A stretch of DNA of 64,000 nucleotides from an uncultured virus (IMG/VR IMGVR_UViG_3300025322_000014) (taxonomy: Duplodnaviria; Heunggongvirae; Uroviricota; Caudoviricetes), in the IMG/VR virus record IMGVR_UViG_3300025322_000014, one strand, 5' to 3'. A model generated the notes under the pieces. That model saw only the letters and a list, made by a program, of their open reading frames with translations, was not told the origin of the DNA and ran no database searches. Both the position numbers and the translations under genes were made by a program. Positions 1-7,506 of the stretch are shown here, piece after piece (position 1 is the stretch's first letter; each line of letters starts with the position of its first letter).

Positions 1-180
1 CCATGCTCCATGCTCCGCGCTCCGTGCTCCGTGCTCCATGCTCCATGCTCCGCGCTCCATGCTCCATGCTCCGCGCTCCGTGCTCCGTGCTCCATGCTCC
101 ATGCTCCGCGCTCCGTGCTCCATGCTCCATGCTCCGCGCTCCGTGCTCCATGCTCCGTGCTCCATGCTCCGTGCTCCGCG
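1..180. repeat. Tandem heptamer array CC(A/G)(T/C)GCT, 25 full copies plus a partial copy
   Basis: Read directly: only three variants (CCATGCT, CCGCGCT, CCGTGCT); may extend beyond the window start. Confidence 0.97.
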
Positions 181-218
181 CATGCGCACGCGAAAAAGGA
201 AAAAATGAATCGTGACAC

Positions 219-246
219 TTGCTCTCCGAAAATCTCAAGTTATACT
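219..246 (+). promoter_or_regulatory. Possible sigma70-type early promoter
   Basis: TTGCTC-16 nt-TATACT upstream of the first ORF (300). Confidence 0.4.
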
Positions 247-299
247 TCTGGTAGCCACGAGTTGCTACCACAAACCTCTTTACCACGAAAGACGCAACA

Positions 300-518
300 A
301 TGTTTACTGTCCAAAAACCTCGAACCCCCAAGTGGTGTCGCGAGCACGAAGCATTCATGATTATCAATAACCGCGACGGAATCCTTGTCGCGATTGCGAC
401 ACGGCCAACGATCATTGCGGCGCTCAAAGTCTGCCGAATCCTGAACACTTATGGGCTTACTTGTGGTCGGCCAGCAAACCATTCTGTCGTCCCCACGCGG
501 GACGTGCAACTCGGTTAG
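300..518 (+). CDS. Hypothetical early protein
   Basis: 72-aa ATG ORF, first of a co-oriented small-gene run. Confidence 0.6.
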   Translation: MFTVQKPRTPKWCREHEAFMIINNRDGILVAIATRPTIIAALKVCRILNTYGLTCGRPANHSVVPTRDVQLG

Positions 519-563
519 GGCAACCCACACACCGCTCTCTGCGGAGAGCGGACGTGACTTTCC
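519..563 (+). repeat. Intergenic C(UNCG)G hairpin element, copy 1
   Basis: GGCAACCCACAC-A-CCGCTCTC-TGCG-GAGAGCGG..TTTCC directly after a stop codon. Confidence 0.8.
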
Positions 564-589
564 TTATCCTCCGACACAAGGACATACCG

Positions 590-727
590 ATGAACCTAAT
601 CGAGTGGGAAGTTTTTGACCCTCAAGACGGACGGGCAATCGCGACCACCCGCGACCAGATTGTCGCGGAGTTTCTTGCAATCCGATGGGGCATGGACTAC
701 GCTAGAGTAGGGGAAGGGTGGCTATGA
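590..727 (+). CDS. Hypothetical small protein
   Basis: AAGGA RBS then ATG at 590 (MNLIEWEVFDP...). Confidence 0.6.
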   Translation: MNLIEWEVFDPQDGRAIATTRDQIVAEFLAIRWGMDYARVGEGWL

Positions 728-808
728 TGTCAACGAAGACACAATACGCTGACGAGGTTTTGCGTGAGATGATCGATCTTGTGACACAATACCTTGAGGA
801 GAATCTGT

Positions 809-1246
809 ATGTTGACAGCAACGTTTGAATATTCCGGCATGATCGACTACTGGGGCGGAAACGGGCGTCGGTGGGACGATAACGCGGGGTGCCTCTTCGC
901 GTTCTACGGACCGCACACAACGCTGCGCAATATCATCGACCAGCTTGTGGATGACTTCCAAAGCGGTGGCGATTGTGATAGCTTACCCGAGTCTGTGTCG
1001 GCTGCTGACGTGCGATTAGCGTTGCTCACTGCCCTAACCGATCAGGGACGGGTGGATTATGACAGCGACGCACTATCCGAGTGGGCCATGGAATATGCTG
1101 CCGCAAACGATGACATATATGTCGGCCCGACAGACGAGGACGAAAGCCCTGTTGTGATCGTCCTAATCGAGTACACTCCGGACACTTTTGTCGCGGAGAC
1201 TGATGAAAGCAAAGCTTTCGAGCGAATGTTCGACCAGTCTGTGTAG
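809..1246 (+). CDS. Hypothetical acidic protein
   Basis: GAGGAG RBS then ATG at 809. Confidence 0.75.
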   Translation: MLTATFEYSGMIDYWGGNGRRWDDNAGCLFAFYGPHTTLRNIIDQLVDDFQSGGDCDSLPESVSAADVRLALLTALTDQGRVDYDSDALSEWAMEYAAANDDIYVGPTDEDESPVVIVLIEYTPDTFVAETDESKAFERMFDQSV

Positions 1247-1249
1247 GAC

Positions 1250-1297
1250 GGGCAACCCACATCCCGTCCCCTGCGGGGGGGCGGGCATGGTTTTCCC
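1250..1297 (+). repeat. Intergenic C(UNCG)G hairpin element, copy 2
   Basis: GGCAACCCAC-AT-CCCGTCCCC-TGCG-G-run-CGGG..TTTTCC; shares flanks with copy 1. Confidence 0.8.
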
Positions 1298-1326
1298 TGC
1301 CCAATTGCAAACTGGAGTAGTCACAA

Positions 1327-2067
1327 ATGAAAAGAGAAAAACACCACCGACCGTTGGGATTAGTGATGTGGGAAGGTCCAAGCCGCATCGACGTCGCGCC
1401 CATCGTCGTGATTCTCACAGGATTGCGGCATACCACTCGCAACTCCAAAACCGGACCTATGCTGCAAACATGGATACTCCGATCAGACATACCTCCGCTC
1501 GAAGCAAGGGCAACCGGGCAGGCAAAATCAGTCTGCGGAGCATGTAGTTTGCTCAATACGCTGTGCTACGTCCGCGTTGAACAAGCCCCCACCGAAGTCT
1601 ACAAAACTTGGAAAGCAGGAAAGTACCCCCACTACGTGCCCACTGCGCATGACGCACTAATCGCGCCGCACGCTGTCCGGTTCGGAGCGTATGGGGACCC
1701 GACGGCCGCGCCATACGATGTCTGGGAACAACTGTGGATAATCTGCGCGGGCCACACTGGGTACACACATCAGTGGGCGGACCCGCGTTTCGCTCGGTTC
1801 GCAAACCTCCTGATGGCCAGCTGTGAATCACCCGCCGCTGCGCGAGCAGCGCAAGCGGCCGGATGGCGCACGTTCCGCTTGGGTATGGCTGACGCGGCGA
1901 TCAAAAACCTTGACATCCTTTGCCCATCGGATAGAGTACAGTGCAAGGATTGTGGTCTGTGTAGAGGTGGACAGCGCAAAGCGCGGTCAATCTACATCCA
2001 GGGGCACGGAGGAAACAGCGTAATGCGAAAGATGCGTGAGTTTTTTAAGAAACAATCCGATACTTGA
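1327..2067 (+). CDS. Conserved Cys-containing phage protein (GP88/DUF7227-like, possibly Fe-S binding)
   Basis: NSKTGPM, CGAC..CY, VRFGAYGDP, TGYTHQW and C-terminal CP..CxxCxLC motifs. Confidence 0.6.
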   Translation: MKREKHHRPLGLVMWEGPSRIDVAPIVVILTGLRHTTRNSKTGPMLQTWILRSDIPPLEARATGQAKSVCGACSLLNTLCYVRVEQAPTEVYKTWKAGKYPHYVPTAHDALIAPHAVRFGAYGDPTAAPYDVWEQLWIICAGHTGYTHQWADPRFARFANLLMASCESPAAARAAQAAGWRTFRLGMADAAIKNLDILCPSDRVQCKDCGLCRGGQRKARSIYIQGHGGNSVMRKMREFFKKQSDT

Positions 2068-2280
2068 AAAAGGAGATTCTGTCGTGAGCATTTACCACCA
2101 ACCACCACAGTATCCACTACTTACCACAACGACCACCAACCAGCCGACGTATACCGCCGCGGAAGTAGACCGACTAGTCGCCCACCGCGCGGCGGAAATA
2201 ACCCGCGTGGCAATCGCAGCGCACCTGAATCGATTCTCCGATCTTGTAGACGACCTAGTCCGCGGAGCAAGGGAGGAAGT

Positions 2281-2520
2281 ATGACCGATTTTGCGAAGTT
2301 TCTCGTCCGCTGCGTGGTATGCCGGTCGCGGACAACCCGCCGACATGCACAAGCCCACGACGGCAAATGCAAATCGTGCGTCAGCCCGCACGACCGCGCA
2401 CTCAGCTGGTCACAACGCGATATGTTCGCGCGCCGCAGTGCGGACGGGCGGAAAGATTGCGACGCGGTGCTCGAGCTAGGGTACGAAGTCTATGCAGCGG
2501 AGAACGGTTTTCATGAATGA
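2281..2520 (+). CDS. Small Cys-rich hypothetical protein
   Basis: GGAGG RBS; two CxxC motifs. Confidence 0.65.
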   Translation: MTDFAKFLVRCVVCRSRTTRRHAQAHDGKCKSCVSPHDRALSWSQRDMFARRSADGRKDCDAVLELGYEVYAAENGFHE

Positions 2521-2647
2521 AGCACGTAAAAAATGGAAGGCCCGCCACCGCGAGCGCCGCATCGCCCGCCGGCGGGGACAGCTGTTGTTCGGTAGGATGT
2601 ACCTGCTGAGCCATGCGTATTTCGTCAGTAACCGAAAGGAACCATCA

Positions 2648-2785
2648 TGAACGCATACATTATTAAATACGTCTGCGATTGCGGAGAAACTTGGAATGAC
2701 GAGTACAGCTGTCCGTGCAACGGGGAGTGCCCACGCTGTGGCGTGAAAGACATTGAACCCACCAGTTGGGAGTTGATTGATTGAC
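2648..2785 (+). CDS. Small zinc-ribbon protein
   Basis: AAGGA RBS; MNAYIIKYVCDCGETW...CPCNGECPRCG (below ORF-track cutoff). Confidence 0.6.
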
Positions 2786-2826
2786 CGCCGAAGTCGTAAC
2801 CCCAATATCCCACAGAAAAGACACTA

Positions 2827-3015
2827 ATGGACCCCAACGCAACCCTCGTCCGAATTATCACAGAGGAAACCGCGGGCGGTACCGCGGATGCGGCGTACGA
2901 CTTGCAACGGTGGCTTGAGAACGGAGGATTCCAACCCGACCGGAGCAAGCTTACCGCCGCACAATGGACCGCAATGGTCCGTATGTTCGTAGCTTTGGCC
3001 CGCGAAGTGTACTAA
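2827..3015 (+). CDS. Hypothetical phage protein
   Basis: MDPNATL...LQRWLENGGFQP, a pattern common in small early phage proteins. Confidence 0.7.
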   Translation: MDPNATLVRIITEETAGGTADAAYDLQRWLENGGFQPDRSKLTAAQWTAMVRMFVALAREVY

Positions 3016-3056
3016 CCCCCGACATCCCGCGCCCCTCCGGGGCACGATGGGCGTAG
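3016..3056 (+). repeat. Intergenic hairpin element, copy 3
   Basis: CATCCCGCGCCCC-TCCG-GGGCACGATG directly after a stop codon. Confidence 0.65.
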
Positions 3057-3097
3057 TTAAGACGCGGCCTTTTACTGACCCCAAGGGATAACGAAAA

Positions 3098-3313
3098 ATG
3101 ACCATCAAAAGCAAACGAGAATATGCCGTTTTTGAAGTAGTCATGGACCTATCTGGCAGATCAATACAATTGGTAATAAGTGTGGAAACAAGCCACGATC
3201 AAATCCGGGCAATGATCCTGGATGCATGGAATCGCAATGTAAAAGAGATCACAGTCGGGCCTACCACAGTGCGCATTCATGGGTCCAGACGAGCGCGGAC
3301 GTCATCAAACTGA
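3098..3313 (+). CDS. Hypothetical protein
   Basis: 71-aa ATG ORF with AAGGG RBS. Confidence 0.55.
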   Translation: MTIKSKREYAVFEVVMDLSGRSIQLVISVETSHDQIRAMILDAWNRNVKEITVGPTTVRIHGSRRARTSSN

Positions 3314-3349
3314 CTACACATTAAAGAAAAAGGAGTCTTAATTCCTATT

Positions 3350-3547
3350 ATGGCCAAGAAACGAGCCGGCGGAAAGAACTACGTCCCAGCCATCAGCCAA
3401 ATGGCGTATAGCGGCGTACACCAGCGCGAGCTACAACAGCAACTAGATTGGTTGCGGGCCCACGGGGCAAAGGATATCATTACGGAGCCCGACGAGAGCC
3501 TGTATGACGATCCGGGCCCGTGGTGGATCATTCGGTACGTCCGGTAG
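3350..3547 (+). CDS. Hypothetical protein
   Basis: 65-aa ORF, AGGAG upstream, followed by a terminator. Confidence 0.6.
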   Translation: MAKKRAGGKNYVPAISQMAYSGVHQRELQQQLDWLRAHGAKDIITEPDESLYDDPGPWWIIRYVR

Positions 3548-3563
3548 CCTGCGCGTGCGTCAG

Positions 3564-3596
3564 CAAGCCCCGTCGGGATTCCCACGGGGCTTTTTC
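3564..3596 (+). terminator. Rho-independent terminator
   Basis: GCCCCGT...ACGGGGC stem followed by TTTTT. Confidence 0.8.
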
Positions 3597-3719
3597 GTTG
3601 GCGGGCCCGACTCAGCCAAGACGCAACCGTTTATTGAAACGGATAAATGGAGCGATAATTCCGCTCGGGGCCGGCGGGGTGCCACGTGATTCATCGACCG
3701 AAGGTTTGGCGGCGACTAA

Positions 3720-3960
3720 CTCCGCGGTTAGCTTTTCTTATAAAAACTCACACTGCTAAAGCCAATAAGCGCCTATATTCTACCTAATATCCCCTCTCTA
3801 GTAGTATATAGGGAATTTGTTTATGTTAATGGGAAAAGACGAAGTGCGCGTTTATAAGAAAAGTTGTTCATCTGCAGAGGGGTTCCAGAGGTATAAAAGT
3901 ATTTTCGCTTGGTGGTACAGAAAATATAACCTATAATGAAACTGGTAATATCTTTTCATC
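3720..3960. other. AT-rich non-coding region with inverted repeats; candidate replication origin or control region
   Basis: Perfect 13-bp IR CTTTTCTTATAAA (3732-3744) / TTTATAAGAAAAG (3851-3863); much lower GC than flanks. Confidence 0.5.
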
Positions 3961-3975
3961 AAAGGAGCTTGAAAA

Positions 3976-4335
3976 ATGAGCGAGTGTCTAAACTACGTCG
4001 AGTGTCAAAGTGAAGCTACCAAAGGTGTGTTCTGCGAGCCTTGCTTGGAAAAGTATCTCGCCGAAGAAATGATGCAGACCACCAAACCCTGCGAGCTATG
4101 CGACAAGCGGATCCCCAAGCAAGGCAATCACAGGTGGTGCCCGTCGCACTCCAAGGTTATTCGAGACATGCGGCAACGAAACTACATGCGGGCCCGTCGC
4201 GATGGGCTCGTCGTCGACAAGAATTTTTCCACCGAGCGGCCTTGCCTGGTGTGCGGAAAACTGGTAAGCGGCTACAAACTTTACTGCCCTGAACATCGCA
4301 CCCAAGAAGCAAAAGAAAAGCGAAGCAATTTATGA
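3976..4335 (+). CDS. Multi-CxxC zinc-finger protein
   Basis: AAGGAG RBS; repeated CxxC / CxxH motifs. Confidence 0.75.
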   Translation: MSECLNYVECQSEATKGVFCEPCLEKYLAEEMMQTTKPCELCDKRIPKQGNHRWCPSHSKVIRDMRQRNYMRARRDGLVVDKNFSTERPCLVCGKLVSGYKLYCPEHRTQEAKEKRSNL

Positions 4336-4877
4336 CATTCAGACCTTGCAAAACCAAGAAGTGCGAAAACTTCGTGCCGTTGCCGGAACCAGGCAAGTCA
4401 GGGAGACCGAGAGAATACTGCCACGTTTGTGATCGGCAACGCGATCGGGAACGCAACCGAAAAAAGGGCGGAGCTGCACCCGGCACGTGCAAAACATGTG
4501 GCATCGATATCCCGGTCCATAACGGACGAGGACGACAATTCGAGCGTTGCCTACCATGCCGCCGGATGCGAAACACCTGGCGACCACGCAAGTACAGCCC
4601 CGAGCGGCTCGAGTTTCACCTGCAGGCTCACTCCCGCCTGGCGGCACTGTACAGCCGAGCCGATGCGGAGCAAGCCCTTATCGACGAAGCGCATCGTTTG
4701 TCCGCAACCGGATTGATCCGACGTGATGTCGCGCGGGCAATGCGCAAGCAATACGACACGGTGTCGAAACTTCTCAGTCAACTCCCCACGTCGCATCCCG
4801 CGTACAAACCCCTGGATTCCTTCCTGATTCCCGACCCTCCGAGGGGCTCGGGAGAAAATCTTAACTCTTCGACTTGA
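4332..4877 (+). CDS. Zinc-finger protein with possible C-terminal HTH
   Basis: ATGA overlap with previous gene; GRPREYC..C, CxxC pairs; RRDVARAMRKQYDTVSK. Confidence 0.7.
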   Translation: MTFRPCKTKKCENFVPLPEPGKSGRPREYCHVCDRQRDRERNRKKGGAAPGTCKTCGIDIPVHNGRGRQFERCLPCRRMRNTWRPRKYSPERLEFHLQAHSRLAALYSRADAEQALIDEAHRLSATGLIRRDVARAMRKQYDTVSKLLSQLPTSHPAYKPLDSFLIPDPPRGSGENLNSST

Positions 4878-4902
4878 CAGCCTCGCGGAGCGGTGGTATG
4901 AT
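4874..4902 (+). promoter_or_regulatory. Strong sigma70-type promoter
   Basis: TTGACA-17 nt-TATGAT with extended -10 TG. Confidence 0.85.
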
Positions 4903-4954
4903 TGTGATGCAGTTGTGATTTTCCGCAAAAGAATACATAAGGAAAAGTCAAAAA

Positions 4955-5359
4955 ATGAGCACGTACACCGATGCGGTTAAGGCAATCAAAGTCATCAGTA
5001 ACAGCAAGCAGGACCAGCTGGATCTGAAAGCTGGCGACGCGCGCGCGACAAACCTAGAGGCCCAACGTGCTGCGATCCTTGCGTGGGTTCCTACTACCTC
5101 CCCATGGCACCCGGTCGTCAAATTGCTCGCCGATACGCTCGAGATTGGGGACGAAGAGGATTATCCCCGCTTGCATTTTCCGGACTCAACACGCGACGTG
5201 CTACGCGCAGCTATTGTGGCCGGTTTTGATAATTTTTCGCTTTTGCCGGATTGCACGGGTTTTGAGACCAGCCCCGACCCCGACGCCCATCGCGATGATT
5301 ATGCGGCCTGGTCTGAAGCATCGCAATACCGCGCCAGGCAGTGCCACGCTGCCTTATAA
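4955..5359 (+). CDS. Hypothetical protein
   Basis: 134-aa ORF, TAAGGA RBS, downstream of promoter. Confidence 0.75.
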   Translation: MSTYTDAVKAIKVISNSKQDQLDLKAGDARATNLEAQRAAILAWVPTTSPWHPVVKLLADTLEIGDEEDYPRLHFPDSTRDVLRAAIVAGFDNFSLLPDCTGFETSPDPDAHRDDYAAWSEASQYRARQCHAAL

Positions 5360-5418
5360 GTGCGCAGCCACCACACCCCGTGCCCTCCGGGGGTGCGGTC
5401 GCGGTAGCTTCGCTTTCC
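5360..5418 (+). repeat. Intergenic hairpin element, copy 4
   Basis: CCACACCCCGTGCCC-TCCG-GGGGTGCGG..TTTCC with G-U pairs on the + strand. Confidence 0.7.
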
Positions 5419-5444
5419 TCACCACCTATTGGGAGCATGACAAA

Positions 5445-6461
5445 ATGTCGCACGACATCCTTGAGCACGACAGCGTAGTTCTACGCAACACCGGTGCTTG
5501 GCACGGTTTGGGTACGGTTTTCACTGGTGACAAAACTCCTACGGAGTCATTGTCAGAATTCGGAGGGGACTTCGAGGTCGAACAGGAAGACCTAGTCGCG
5601 ATCAATCGGCGTACCGGTCGCATGCGCAGCGTCGAATCCCATGTCCTGAACGTGAGGCAGGACACAGACGAAGCCTTCGGGATAGTCGGAAAGGATTGGA
5701 CCGTGTACCAAAACGTCGAAGTGGCCCGGTTCGCCGAATCCCTTGCGGAGCAAAGCGACAAGGTGTACATCGAAACCGCGGGTACTATTCGTAACGGCCG
5801 CAAAATCTGGTTTCTCCTCCGCGGCGAATCGTTTTCGGTTCGATCAGAAGAGGATCAAGTCATCCCTTATATCCTTGTCGCAAATGGTCACGACGGTTTG
5901 ACTGGGCTGCACGCCAAAAACACATCGATCCGTGTTGTGTGCAAGAACACGCTGGCGATGGTAATCCCCGGACTTGAAGATCCGGGAGGTCGCAGGAGTG
6001 GGAATTTGGTTGAAAGTGGCTTCAGCTGCACACACGTCGGCGACATTCACGCTAAGGTCAAAGAGGCGCGCGAAGCGCTGAAGCTGTACGAATACAGCTG
6101 TGGGTATCAATTCTCAATGCTGAACGAGCTTGCCCAGCGGGGCGTGAGTTCAGAGCAGGTCAAGGAATTCTTTCTAAAAGCTTACCTTCACGCCGTAGGC
6201 GACTTCAAGCTCAACCCAACGACAGAAGAGCAGCAGACAAAAAAGGACCGGGCGACGAAGTTCCTCGGAAAGTGCTTCTTGAATTTTGAGCATGAATCAG
6301 CGGCCTTCGGCGCCAACGCCTGGACGATGCTGAATTCCTTCACCACTACGTCGCAATCCGCGAAGCGGTCGCAATCCTCTCGCGAGAGCGCTCTACTCTT
6401 CGGTGTTGACGTAATCCGTGGCACCAAAGCCTTGCGGCTGGCTTTGGCCACCGCGGCTTGA
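5445..6461 (+). CDS. DUF932 domain phage/plasmid protein
   Basis: AWHGLG, GIVGKDW..YQN, ETAGTIRNGRKIW, NGHDG, IRVVCKNTL motifs. Confidence 0.88.
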   Translation: MSHDILEHDSVVLRNTGAWHGLGTVFTGDKTPTESLSEFGGDFEVEQEDLVAINRRTGRMRSVESHVLNVRQDTDEAFGIVGKDWTVYQNVEVARFAESLAEQSDKVYIETAGTIRNGRKIWFLLRGESFSVRSEEDQVIPYILVANGHDGLTGLHAKNTSIRVVCKNTLAMVIPGLEDPGGRRSGNLVESGFSCTHVGDIHAKVKEAREALKLYEYSCGYQFSMLNELAQRGVSSEQVKEFFLKAYLHAVGDFKLNPTTEEQQTKKDRATKFLGKCFLNFEHESAAFGANAWTMLNSFTTTSQSAKRSQSSRESALLFGVDVIRGTKALRLALATAA

Positions 6462-6508
6462 GAGCCCACACTACCGCCCCCCTGCGGGGGGCGGACTTGT
6501 GTGCTTTC
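6462..6508 (+). repeat. Intergenic hairpin element, copy 5
   Basis: CCCACACTACCGCCCCCC-TGCG-GGGGGCGG..TGTGTGCTTTC after a stop codon. Confidence 0.8.
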
Positions 6509-6536
6509 GATCCGAAAAAACGTGGGGGAATATTTT

Positions 6537-7119
6537 ATGGCAAAGCTTTACAAACTGACAGACGAAAACTCCAGGACCATCAATAACACACAGCCCGATT
6601 CACGGCGACTTCGAAAATCCGCAACTCTGGGAAGCAGACGGGGATGTCGGGAAAACCGACAACGATCTTAAAGTAGGTTGCACTCGTCTGCGGACGATAC
6701 GACAAATCGATCTGCCGCAGATCACCATCGAGCATAGAGTCCGATTCGCGATTCTGTGCGCCAAACAGGTATACTATACTGAGAACTTCGTGAAGTGGGC
6801 TGATGCGTGGCTCGAAAACAAGGATCGATCGATAGCGGCGGCGATGGCGGCGGCGGTGGCGGCGATGGCGGCGGCGTGGGCGGAGGCGGCGATGGCGGCG
6901 GCGGTGGCGGCGAGGGCGGCGAGGGAGGTGGAGGCAGTGACGTGGGCGGAGGCGGCGATGGCGGCGGCGGTGGCGGCGATGGCGGCGGCGGTGGCGGCGA
7001 TGGCGGCGGCGGTGGCGGCGGGGGCGGCGGCGTGGGCGGTGGCGGCGAGGGAGGCGGCGAAGGTGGCGGAGGCGGAGGGCATCGATCTAATTGCATTAGC
7101 CCACGAAGCGTGGAATTAG
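6537..7119 (+). pseudogene. Frameshifted gene for a phage protein with an Ala-rich C-terminal tract
   Basis: ATG 6537 (MAKLYKLTDENSRTINNTQ) stops near 6670; the +1 frame is open from 6559 with no start codon before 6790 and reads PIHGDFENPQLWEA...WADAWL then the Ala tract. Confidence 0.65.
6835..7078. repeat. GCG-rich low-complexity tract with a 21-bp unit (GCGATGGCGGCGGCGGTGGCG)
   Basis: About 80 codons, almost all ending in G. Confidence 0.9.
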
Positions 7120-7183
7120 TAGCCAACAGCTCCGAACGACCGCGGGCCTGGGATTCGATGTTGTTCCTACCGGAGGTTAAACA

Positions 7184-7504
7184 ATGACCGTTTGCTGGTT
7201 TTGTTTTTGGGGTTGGCCCAAACCAATTCAGGATATTTATAATGTTGCTGTCCAAGAACTCCAAGGCAATAACACCGCGTTATTGTACGGTCCTGCCCAC
7301 ATCGTATGGAGCGACGAAAACTTTGACTCTGCGCAATGGTGCCTTGATCATTTTGAGGACTCCACCGGAGGCTTTACCGAGTGGGAGCTTAATGTTGTTC
7401 GAGAATCTCTCGAGAAACTTGTAGCTGTGCCGGATAAGTACAAAAATTGGCCTACTGATTATGACGGCCAACACCCTGAAAATTTTCCACCGGATTGGGA
7501 TTAG
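7184..7504 (+). CDS. Hypothetical phage protein
   Basis: GGAGG RBS; CWFCFWGW and GPAHIVWSDENF motifs. Confidence 0.8.
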   Translation: MTVCWFCFWGWPKPIQDIYNVAVQELQGNNTALLYGPAHIVWSDENFDSAQWCLDHFEDSTGGFTEWELNVVRESLEKLVAVPDKYKNWPTDYDGQHPENFPPDWD

Positions 7505-7506
7505 CA

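Noticed and set aside
3..360. ORFs with MLRAPCS/APCS repeats
   Set aside because: Translations of the heptamer array; no RBS or coding signal
519..6508. Hairpin repeats as CRISPR repeats or integron attC sites
   Set aside because: Spacing is gene-sized and irregular, copies are not identical, no RYYYAAC/GTTRRRY ends, and no cas1 or integron integrase
6722..7264. Poly-Pro (- strand) and poly-Gly (+ strand) ORFs
   Set aside because: Alternative frames of the GCG-rich tract; the Ala frame connects to plausible protein sequence
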